Source of the DNA: Deltaproteobacteria bacterium
GTDB taxonomy: Bacteria; Myxococcota_A; Polyangia; Fen-1088
NCBI GenBank assembly: GCA_033763315.1
Contig: JANRKS010000007.1
Coordinates: 122,073 to 186,072 of the forward strand
DNA: 64,000 bases
Direction of reading: 5' to 3'
Part shown: one piece after another, positions 41,204 through 50,200 of the stretch
Numbering within the stretch: the stretch's first letter is position 1
Layout: each line of letters begins with the position of its first letter
Translations under genes and position numbers: made by a program
Notes under the pieces: model-generated
Told to the model about the DNA's origin: nothing
Database searches by the model: none
Seen by the model: the letters and a program-made list of their open reading frames with translations, nothing else

Positions 41204-42031
41204 ATGAACGACGTTTCGTCTGTGTTTCCATTCGCGGGGGCCCTTGCCGCCAAAGTTGGGTTGGTCACCGGCGCATCGGGCGGCATCGGCCGCGCCTTGG
41301 CGCTGGGCTTGGCCCGTGCCGGTGCCGACGTGGGCGTTCACACGTTCGATGACGTACCGGGCGGCGAGGAAACGGTGGCGCAAATCCAGGCGCTGGGCCG
41401 CAAGGCGTGGCTTGTCAAGGCCGACATCCGCAACGTGACCGAGATCAACGCCATGATTGAAGCCGTGCATTCACACGGCGGGCGATTGGACGTGCTGGTG
41501 AACAACGCCGGCATCACGGGTTGGAACGCCGCTTTGGATGTGACGGAAGCTTTGTGGGATCAAGTGATCGACACGAACTTGAAAGGCACGTTTTTTTGCA
41601 CCACGGCGGCCGCTCGCAAAATGCGGCAAACAGGCGGCGGTTCCATCATCAACGTTTCTACGGTTGTGGCGCTCACGGTTATGCAAAACCTCACCGTGTA
41701 TGCGGCAAGCAAAGCCGGCATTCAGTCGCTCACGCGGCAACTGGCGGTGGAGTTGGCGCCCTTTGGTGTGCGGGTAAACGCCATTGCGCCGGGGCCCACC
41801 CTGGTGCCACGGACGTTGGCCGACGATCCTGATTACGCCGCCAACTGGAGCCAAGTGATGCCGCTTGGGCGCGTGGCTGTTCCCGAAGATATGGTGGGCG
41901 CCGTGTTGTTCTTCGCCACGCAAGCCAGTGGCCTTGTGACGGGGCAATTGATCGCGATCGACGGTGGCATGACACTGCCCGGCCGCGTGCCGCAAGAAAG
42001 TTTGGATCGCGGTTTGGCCCGCAACAGTTGA
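41204..42031 (+). CDS. SDR-family oxidoreductase
   Basis: TGASGGIGRALALGLA Rossmann motif; YAASK catalytic motif. Confidence 0.85.
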   Translation: MNDVSSVFPFAGALAAKVGLVTGASGGIGRALALGLARAGADVGVHTFDDVPGGEETVAQIQALGRKAWLVKADIRNVTEINAMIEAVHSHGGRLDVLVNNAGITGWNAALDVTEALWDQVIDTNLKGTFFCTTAAARKMRQTGGGSIINVSTVVALTVMQNLTVYAASKAGIQSLTRQLAVELAPFGVRVNAIAPGPTLVPRTLADDPDYAANWSQVMPLGRVAVPEDMVGAVLFFATQASGLVTGQLIAIDGGMTLPGRVPQESLDRGLARNS

Positions 42032-42038
42032 TCCGCCG

Positions 42039-42545
42039 TTAGTGCCCGCGTGCGAACAGCGCCGGTTCAGCCACGGGCTCAAGCGTGAGGCCCAAGCGCT
42101 GCGCCAACGCCTTCGCGTCGAACGCCTCGTTGTCCCGCTCTTCATCGCTGGCGCCGTGACGGCGCAGGAATTCAACCACAGTGCTGCTGGGCAGTGACAC
42201 GATGACCGCTTGCCATAACACGGAGCTGCCTGCGAAATCGCGTGCGTTCACATCGGCGCCATAGGTGACCAGAAGGTACGCGAGCGACAAGTGCCGCTGA
42301 CGGGCGGCGTGGTGCAAGGGCGTGCAGCCCGATTGGTCGCGCGCGTTCACGTCGGCCCCAGCATCGAGCAACAGCCGCACGGCATCGCAATCGGCGCCAT
42401 CGACGGCCAAGTGAAGCGGGGTGCGGTGATCTTCGTCGCGGGCTTCGGTGCTGGTGCCCCGGGATAGCAGCTTTGTCATCCAAGCCAGATCGCTAAAGGC
42501 GGTGGCGTCGAGCAGTTGTTGTTCCGGCGGGTACGGATGATCCAT
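42039..42545 (-). CDS. ankyrin-repeat protein
   Basis: three to four GADVNARDQSGCTPLHHAA-type repeats; start trimmed from ORF-track 42641 to avoid overlap with upstream gene. Confidence 0.65.
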   Translation of the reverse strand: MDHPYPPEQQLLDATAFSDLAWMTKLLSRGTSTEARDEDHRTPLHLAVDGADCDAVRLLLDAGADVNARDQSGCTPLHHAARQRHLSLAYLLVTYGADVNARDFAGSSVLWQAVIVSLPSSTVVEFLRRHGASDEERDNEAFDAKALAQRLGLTLEPVAEPALFARGH

Positions 42546-42603
42546 TCGTCTTCGTTTGTGCCCTCGGGTGCCGATCGGGTCAAGAAAGTGATCAACGTCG
42601 TTA

Positions 42604-43806
42604 TCAAGCACGACGACTGGCTTTGGCGGCACGGTATGCACGCAGCGGCATCAGCGACGCCCCCACCGCCGTAAGCGTGCCCATCACCATCATCGCCGCC
42701 GTGGGCGACATGGTTTGCGGGTTTGCGAAACTTATGAGCCCAAGCACGGGTCCGACGACGTAACCCACGCCCACCAGCGCCTCGAACTTGCCACCCGCGT
42801 CCACTTGGGCTTGGCCCACGGACATGCTGTAGTAAAGGGAGGTGTAGTAAAGCACGCCCATGCCGCAACCGAACGCGGCCAGACCACAGACACACAGCCA
42901 GGCCCACGAAGCCACCAAAGCAACAGCGCTGCCCGCGAACAAGGCGACGGCACCAAACAGCAACGGCGGCCAGCGGCCGTGCCAAAATGAACTGCGCCAC
43001 AAAACAATCAATGTCATAAACCGCGCCACCATCCACGTCGCAGCCCATACGGGCGCCATCGTGGTGCTCATGCCGAGATCGCGCAACGCCGAAGGCAAAA
43101 CGGGCGATAGGGCAGAGCAGATGATGTATGAACACGGCAGCAGCCATGTGGTGGCACGCGCCAAATGAGGATACTCACGACCAACCGCCTCTTGCGACGA
43201 AGCTTCGTCGTGATGCGCGGGTTGTGGTGCAAAGCCGGCGACGATCAAACCAGACACAAGGTTGAACACAGCGCATAGGCCCAGCGTCGCAAGCACGTTC
43301 CACCGCGCCACCAAAGGCATCAGCAGCAGCGGCACGGCCACACTCGATGTCCACGTCAAGTTGTAGCGCCCCATGGCCTGTCGCATGGCGGCCCCGTGGC
43401 GGCCCGCGGTGAGATAGCTTTCCATCATCGGCCACACCAACGCCGAGGTGACGCTGCCACCCAAGGCAGCGATCCAAAGCGCCGGCTCCCACATGGCAGC
43501 GAACAACAAGGGTACGCAGGCAAACGCGCCCCACGTCCACAAGGCACCGATCATCACCGCGCGCACCGAAGCCCAACGCGAGAGCTTTCGCGTCACAGGC
43601 CCCGACGCCAAAGCGCCGCCGATGTAGGCTACGCCCATCACGGAAGCCAACGCCAAGTTGCGCGCTGAAGAGAACGCAAAGGCACGTGCCGTGACGAAAA
43701 AGATAGCGCTCCAAAACGCACCGCCGCTGACCGAAGCCAAGAATGTGGCCGGCAGAAGTTTAGAAAGGGACGTCGGCCTCGAATTGGGCGGCGGCAAAGT
43801 GCTCAC
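42604..43806 (-). CDS. MFS transporter
   Basis: 400 aa, about 12 hydrophobic helices. Confidence 0.7.
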   Translation of the reverse strand: MSTLPPPNSRPTSLSKLLPATFLASVSGGAFWSAIFFVTARAFAFSSARNLALASVMGVAYIGGALASGPVTRKLSRWASVRAVMIGALWTWGAFACVPLLFAAMWEPALWIAALGGSVTSALVWPMMESYLTAGRHGAAMRQAMGRYNLTWTSSVAVPLLLMPLVARWNVLATLGLCAVFNLVSGLIVAGFAPQPAHHDEASSQEAVGREYPHLARATTWLLPCSYIICSALSPVLPSALRDLGMSTTMAPVWAATWMVARFMTLIVLWRSSFWHGRWPPLLFGAVALFAGSAVALVASWAWLCVCGLAAFGCGMGVLYYTSLYYSMSVGQAQVDAGGKFEALVGVGYVVGPVLGLISFANPQTMSPTAAMMVMGTLTAVGASLMPLRAYRAAKASRRA

Positions 43807-43949
43807 AAATTCCTTTTACTGTAAAACGAATCCGCCACGTCGGCGTTCGCGTCAACATATTGCACGCGTGCCTCGTTGCCCTGGCCCGCAGCAGGAACTG
43901 CCATCGCACGGGATGAGCGAACGATCGTTCGCTTTATGGCAAGCGTCCG

Positions 43950-44198
43950 GTGAATGTGTTAGCTGTGAGCTTGATGCGTAGCCTGACACATGGGTTGGTG
44001 CTGGGTTTGCTGACCCTTGCAGGTGGCAGTGCCTGCGCCTTGAGGCAGCCTCCCCCGGTTTCGCCGGCCCGGCATCTGTGCCTCACCGACTGCGCGCGCG
44101 GCAAGGATCGGTGCTTGGTAGAGGCCCCCACGGCCTCGGCTATTTTCGCCTGCGACGAACGCGCCAGCGCCTGCGTCGCAAGCTGCCCTCACCCGTGA
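43950..44198 (+). CDS. small secreted Cys-rich protein (hypothetical)
   Basis: 82-aa ORF with signal-like LVLGLLTLAGGSACA and six Cys; 8 nt upstream of next gene on same strand. Confidence 0.35.
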   Translation: MNVLAVSLMRSLTHGLVLGLLTLAGGSACALRQPPPVSPARHLCLTDCARGKDRCLVEAPTASAIFACDERASACVASCPHP

Positions 44199-44206
44199 GT
44201 GTGAAC

Positions 44207-44905
44207 ATGTCGCATCCTGACTCCCTGCCAGCGGCAGCCATCGCGGCGTCTTTGCTTTTGATTGCCAGCTGCGTTCCAGCCGCCTACACCATTCCGAGAC
44301 CCGACCAGCCTCACGCCATCGTGAAGATGAGGCGGGTTTATCATGGTGCATCTGGCGAAACCCTCAGCGAGACAGCAGGGATCGATGGCCATCCGTTGTT
44401 TGCGCAGGCGAGGCCGAGCTCGCAGGCTGCGCCTGATACGGCGGTGATGCGTGTTCACCCTGTGGCGGCCGACTGGCAGTGGTCGTCGGTGTTCTGGCAT
44501 GTGGAAATGCGCTGGGTCCAGGAGGCCTACACCGTCTATACCTCGAGGCTTGTCTCCGAAACCAACTATCGCTCTGAATCCTATAGTTGCGGTAGTTACT
44601 CAAGTCGGGGCTACGCTTCGAGCACATGCTACCGATCTGTGCCGTACACAACGATGGTCACGAAGCAAGTGCCTGAAACCCACTATCGCACCGTCCAGCG
44701 CCCCGTCTCTGTGACGGATGCAGACTGCCCTAGAGCGTTTTCATTTCACCCCACCGTGAATGCGGTCTATCTGCTCGAATACAGCTACATGGGGCCAGGC
44801 GTGTGCTCAATCGCGTGCCTTATCCAGAGCTCAGACAGCGTGGGGGAAGCTCAAAACCACCCATGCTCTCCCGCCGAGTTCGGACCGCCTCGACGCCGCC
44901 ATTAG
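44207..44905 (+). CDS. hypothetical lipoprotein
   Basis: ATG 44207 (MSHPDSLPAAAIAASLLLIASC...) with lipobox LIASC; Tyr/Ser-rich middle region; no recognised domain. Confidence 0.45.
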   Translation: MSHPDSLPAAAIAASLLLIASCVPAAYTIPRPDQPHAIVKMRRVYHGASGETLSETAGIDGHPLFAQARPSSQAAPDTAVMRVHPVAADWQWSSVFWHVEMRWVQEAYTVYTSRLVSETNYRSESYSCGSYSSRGYASSTCYRSVPYTTMVTKQVPETHYRTVQRPVSVTDADCPRAFSFHPTVNAVYLLEYSYMGPGVCSIACLIQSSDSVGEAQNHPCSPAEFGPPRRRH

Positions 44906-45005
44906 CCGATTGTATTTTGCAAACTCCACTCGCTACGAATGCCGCAAGCGGCTTGAGCACCGGCGTTAGGGGAATCCCCAGTAAACTCACGAGCCGCCGC
45001 TGAGT

Positions 45006-46382
45006 TCACAGGTCCTTTCGCACGGTAAACGAATCCGCCACCGCAGCGTTGCCGTCAACATACTGAACACGCACTTCGTTGTCATCGAACGTCAGCACAA
45101 GCGAGCCCAAGGTGGCAAACGAGACGGCCATCGCGGGATGGTTGAGCCCCATGAAGCGGCGACCAAGTTCTCCCGACGCGCCCGCCACCACATACACGGT
45201 GCCGCCGCGGGGGCGCGCCGCTTTGTAAAAAACAACGTTGTTGCCGCCGGTTGCCAATTGGTAGGCGTCTGAATAGGTGCCCGAAGCGCCGTAAAATCCT
45301 GCCAACAGATTCGACCGCTCATAATTGTGGCTGTGTCCCGATAACACCAAATCCACGCCGCCCGCTTCAAGCAACGGCACGATGTTGGTGCGCATTTCGA
45401 TCATGGTGCGTTCGTGATCTGAATCATGCGTGCCGCGCGTGTAAGGCGGGTGGTGAAAGAACGCCACCTTCCATGTTGCGTGCGACGCTTGCAGATCTTG
45501 CACAAGCCAGCGCGCCATCGCGCCGTTGGCGCTTCGATCCGTCGCGTATGAATCCAAACACACAAAATGCACAGGTCCATGGTCAAACGCATAAAATGCT
45601 TCAGTGCCTGAAGGCACGCCCCCCGCCTCGCCATCGGTGGGCAACGTGAACACGTCGAAATACGCCGCGTGCCCCGGCGATTGAGATTGATCGTGATTTC
45701 CACGCGTGGGCCACAGCGACAAGCGCGCGATCAGATCCGCATACGTCTCGAACACGGCGGCCTGAAACTCAAGATCAGTGCCGGTGTTGTAGGCGTTGTC
45801 GCCCAACATCAGCCACACGTCCGGAAGCTGGTTGGCTACAAACCGCAGATAGGCGTCGCGCACGCTTCGGGCGCCAGGAGACGCGGTGCCGGCGTCGCCC
45901 AAAGCCCACACGCGGACCACAGAGCTTGCATTCGGCTCGGGCGCTGTATGAAACACCCATGGATTGGGCGCCCCGCTCACTTGCCCCGTTTGGGCGCCCA
46001 AACTGTATTCATAGGCTGTGCCTGGGTGAAGATGTCGCAACGTCACTTCATGTTCGGTGGTGGCCTGGGCAACAACTTCACTGTGCGTCGCCGTGGCGCC
46101 GGCGTCGGCATCCCCCACGCCAACCGCCGTAAAGTGAACGCCACTCTCGGTGGGCACGTCGGTGCGCCAACGCACGACAGCGCTGTGGCTGGTCACGCTT
46201 TGCAGGTATGGCCCACGCACCACCCGCGGCCCCGTATCGTTTTGCGCCCGCGAAGGCGGCTCGGTGACCTGCCAGCGCGCTGAACGCAGGTCGTTCACCA
46301 GCCAAAGCGTGGCGACCGCTGCCACAGCGGCCACCGCGACCAGCGCCAGAACCCTGCGCGCCCCCCGCGACAGACGAATCAC
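45006..46382 (-). CDS. secreted calcineurin-like metallophosphoesterase (purple acid phosphatase-like)
   Basis: signal peptide; GDNAYNTG, GNHD and GHSHNYER metal-ligand motifs; N-terminal beta-sandwich region. Confidence 0.75.
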   Translation of the reverse strand: MIRLSRGARRVLALVAVAAVAAVATLWLVNDLRSARWQVTEPPSRAQNDTGPRVVRGPYLQSVTSHSAVVRWRTDVPTESGVHFTAVGVGDADAGATATHSEVVAQATTEHEVTLRHLHPGTAYEYSLGAQTGQVSGAPNPWVFHTAPEPNASSVVRVWALGDAGTASPGARSVRDAYLRFVANQLPDVWLMLGDNAYNTGTDLEFQAAVFETYADLIARLSLWPTRGNHDQSQSPGHAAYFDVFTLPTDGEAGGVPSGTEAFYAFDHGPVHFVCLDSYATDRSANGAMARWLVQDLQASHATWKVAFFHHPPYTRGTHDSDHERTMIEMRTNIVPLLEAGGVDLVLSGHSHNYERSNLLAGFYGASGTYSDAYQLATGGNNVVFYKAARPRGGTVYVVAGASGELGRRFMGLNHPAMAVSFATLGSLVLTFDDNEVRVQYVDGNAAVADSFTVRKDL

Positions 46383-46641
46383 GCAATCACGTTCTCGCGC
46401 TCACTTGTGGCGACCCTTTGCATTCGGACATGGTACATGGGCACAGCACCAGGTCGCCAGCCCTGCATCATGGCGGCGAACGGGATTCGCTGATAGGAGG
46501 ATAAGAAGCGTTGCCAGGGGAGGCTTCGAGCTGGCTTGGCAAGGTCGAGCCACTTTCGAGTCAGGTGTGACCGATTCAGACGCGGGCGACGAACCCTGGC
46601 TGCCCTCGCAGTCATCCAAGGATTTGTCATAAAAGCACCGC

Positions 46642-47208
46642 ATGTCGCAGCCCAACGAGACCCGTAACCCTTGGACCACGAGATCGATCGAAACACGTTA
46701 CGAAAACCCGTGGATTCGAGTCGACCACCACGACGTCCTCACGCCTGCTGGCACCGTGGGCATGTATGGCGTGGTCAATTTCAAGAACGTGGCGGTCGGC
46801 GTGGTGCCGATGGATGCAAACGGCAACACGTGGCTCGTGGGACAGTACCGATACCCCCTGGGCCGCTATAGCTGGGAGATCTGTGAAGGCGGGGGGCCCA
46901 TAGGCGCAGACGTTTTGGAATCCGCCAAACGCGAGCTGCACGAAGAGCTGGGCATGCAAGCCGCCCGCTGGGACAAGCTATTTGAGATGGATCTCTCTAA
47001 TTCGGTCACCAACGAACGCGCCGTGGTGTTTGTGGCGCGCGAGCTGACGATGGGCACGGCGCATCCGGAAGAAACCGAAGAGTTGGCGGTGCGCAAAATT
47101 CACCTCGCTCAACTTTACGAAGAGGTGTGTGCGGGCAAACACCGCGACAGCATGACTGTGGCGGCGGTGCTGCGTTTGCGGCTGATGCACCTGGAAGGAA
47201 CCCTTTAA
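46642..47208 (+). CDS. NUDIX hydrolase (ADP-ribose pyrophosphatase-like)
   Basis: Nudix box ESAKRELHEELG; 188 aa; 6 nt upstream of the UvrA-like gene. Confidence 0.8.
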   Translation: MSQPNETRNPWTTRSIETRYENPWIRVDHHDVLTPAGTVGMYGVVNFKNVAVGVVPMDANGNTWLVGQYRYPLGRYSWEICEGGGPIGADVLESAKRELHEELGMQAARWDKLFEMDLSNSVTNERAVVFVARELTMGTAHPEETEELAVRKIHLAQLYEEVCAGKHRDSMTVAAVLRLRLMHLEGTL

Positions 47209-47214
47209 CGCCTT

Positions 47215-50200
47215 ATGAAAAGCCCTGTAGATCGCGCGATTTTGGTGCAAGGCGCCCGCCAGAACAACCTCAAGAACATTTCTGTTCGCATTCCGATCGG
47301 GGCCGTCACCGCCGTGACAGGCGTGGCCGGCGCCGGCAAATCGTCGCTCGCGTTCGACATTCTTTATGCCGAGGGCCACCGGCGCTATGTAGAAACGTTC
47401 AGCGCGTACGCACGGCAGTTCCTGGAGCGATTGGATCGCCCCAAAGCCGAACGCGTGGTGGGCGTATTGCCTGCTGTGGCGATTGACCGCACGGCGCCTG
47501 TGCGCACGTCACGCTCCACGGTGGGCACAATGACGTCGATCGCGGACTACCTGCGGGCGCTCTACGCGCGCGCCGCCGTTTTGCGCTGTGATGTATGTGG
47601 CAAGCCTGTGCAGCGGGCAAGTGCGGATGGCATTGCCACGCACTTGTTGTCGACCGCCGCCGGTCGCACGGCCTTGCTGACGTTCGTTGTCCCAAGTGGC
47701 AAGCTCAAGCCCAAGCTGATTCGTGAAGCGTTCGCGCGCAATGGCTTTTCCCGCGTGTGGGAAGACAACAACGTCGTCAAACTCGATGACGCCAAGCTCG
47801 CGCCTGCGGATGGGCAGCTTGTGGTGGTGCTTGATCGCGTGCGGCTGCCCTCCCCCGCCCAGCAAACGGATGACGATCGCAAGCGCTTGGGCGATTCCAT
47901 CGAAGCGTCTTTGCGCTGGGGCCGCGGCGACATGGCCGTGCGCTTTGAAGGCGACAACAACGTGCAATCGTTTAGCGAAAGCTTGCGTTGTTGCGGCGTC
48001 ACGTATGCCGATCCAACGCCCGCCACCTTCTCGTTCAACAACCCCGTGGGCGCTTGCATCACGTGCAAAGGCTTTGGGCGGACGATGGCAATCGATCCCA
48101 ACCTTGTGGTGCCCGATCCGCGCCTTTCGATCAAAGAGGGCTGCATCAAACCGATGCAGTCGCCTTCCTATAAGGAATGCCAAGACGATCTTGAACGCTT
48201 CTGCAAACGCGCCGGCATCGATATGACGGTGCCCTGGGCCAAGCTGCCGGCGGCCTCGCAGAAGCGCGTGTGGCAGGGCGAGCCAGGGGCGCTCACCAAT
48301 TGGAAGAAGCATTGGTATGGCGTCGATGGCTTCTTCGCGTGGCTTGAAGGGCGCAGCTACAAGATGCACGTGCGGGTGCTGCTCTCGCGCTACAGGCACT
48401 ATCTGCCGTGCACGGCCTGCGGCGGCGCACGCTTGCAGCCAGAGGCGTTGCGCTTTTCCATCGAAGGGCAAACGCTGCCGCAACTCGAGGCCGCCACAAT
48501 CGCGAATGTGGATGCGTTTTTTGCCAGCTGGAAGAATCGCCCGCAGGACGCCGCCACAGCCTTGGTGCTGCAAGAGCTGACCTGCCGCTTGCGCTTCCTT
48601 GTGGACGTGGGGTTGGGATACCTCACACTTGGCCGCCAATCGCGCACGCTCTCGGGCGGTGAAGCACAACGCGTGGGTTTGGCCACCGCGCTCGGCAGCG
48701 CTTTGACCAGCACACTTTATGTTTTGGACGAACCATCGGTGGGTTTGCACGCGCGCGATGCAGACCGCTTGGTTGGCGTACTTGCGCGGCTGGCGGAAAA
48801 AGACAACGCCGTGGTGGTGGTGGAACACGATCCGGTGCTGATTCGATCGGCCGACCACGTGATCGATTTGGGCCCCGGCCCTGGCCCCGAAGGCGGCGAA
48901 GTGATCTATGAAGGGCCCGTGCAAGGCTTGTTGGGCCACCCGCGCTCGCAAACAGCGCCCTACTTGCAGGGCCACGCGATGCGGCCGCAGCGTCAGCCGC
49001 GCACGCTCGACTTTAAACACGCCATCGCGATTGAGGGCGCCACCGAAAACAACTTGCAGAACGTGTCTGTGAAGGTGCCGCTTGGCGGCCTTGTGTGCGT
49101 CACGGGCGTCAGCGGCTCAGGCAAATCGACCTTGGTGGATCAAGTGCTTTACCGCAACTTGCGACGACATCTCGGGCAACCCGAATCGGAATTGGGCGCC
49201 TGTGCTGGGTTGCAAGTGTTCTTGCCGCCAGGCAAGGCATTGCAAGACGTAGTGTTCGTGGATCAAACGCCGCTTGGCAGCAGTGGGCGCGTCAACGCCG
49301 CAACATACCTGGGTGTGTTGGATCCAATCCGCAAGGTGTTCGCGAGTACCCAGGCGGCGAAGGACGCAGACGTAAGTGCGTCGGCCTTCTCGTTTAATTC
49401 GGCCGTGGGCGCGTGCCCTTTGTGTGGCGGCGCCGGCTTTGAAAAGATCGAATTGCAATTCCTGCCCGACGCGCACGTGCGCTGCCCTGCGTGTGATGGC
49501 AAACGGTTTCGTCCAGAAACGTTGGCGATTAAATACGAAGGTTACGACATTGCTGAAGTGTTAAACCTTTCGGCATTGGAAGTCAGCGCGCTGTTCAAAC
49601 ATAACAAGCCGCTGGTGCGTGGCTTGGCACCGCTCATCGATTTGGGCCTTGGCTACTTGCCGTTGTCGCAAGCGGCGCCGTCGCTTTCAGGCGGCGAATC
49701 GCAGCGGTTGAAGCTGGCCGCCTATCTGGCGGGTGCCACCACGGCCAAGCCGACGCTTTACATTCTTGATGAGCCGACCACAGGCCTTCACCCCGCCGAC
49801 GTGGCGAAGCTGCTGCAAACGTTGGACCGTTTGGTGGCGGCGGGGCACAGCGTGGTGGTGGTTGAACACAATCTTCAAGTGGCTTGGGCGGCGGATTGGT
49901 TGATCGATCTTGGCCCTGAAGGAGGGGATCAGGGTGGGCGCATCATTGCGCAAGGCACGCCGGAGGCTTTGAGCCAAACCAGCAGCGCCACAGGCGTGGC
50001 CCTGGCGCAGGCTGTACGCAAACAATCCAACACTGTGGCGCGCGCAAGCGAGGCGGCCGCAAAGTATGTGGTGTTCGAGCGGCCGATCGAAATCGAGGGC
50101 GCACGCGAGCACAATCTGAAGAACGTGGCGGCGACGTTTCCGCGCAACAGATTCATCGCCGTCACGGGCGCCTCCGGTTCGGGCAAATCCACGTTGGCGT

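Noticed and set aside
47509-49020. 503-aa minus-strand ORF
   Set aside because: Lies entirely antisense within the UvrA-like gene, which has unmistakable motifs
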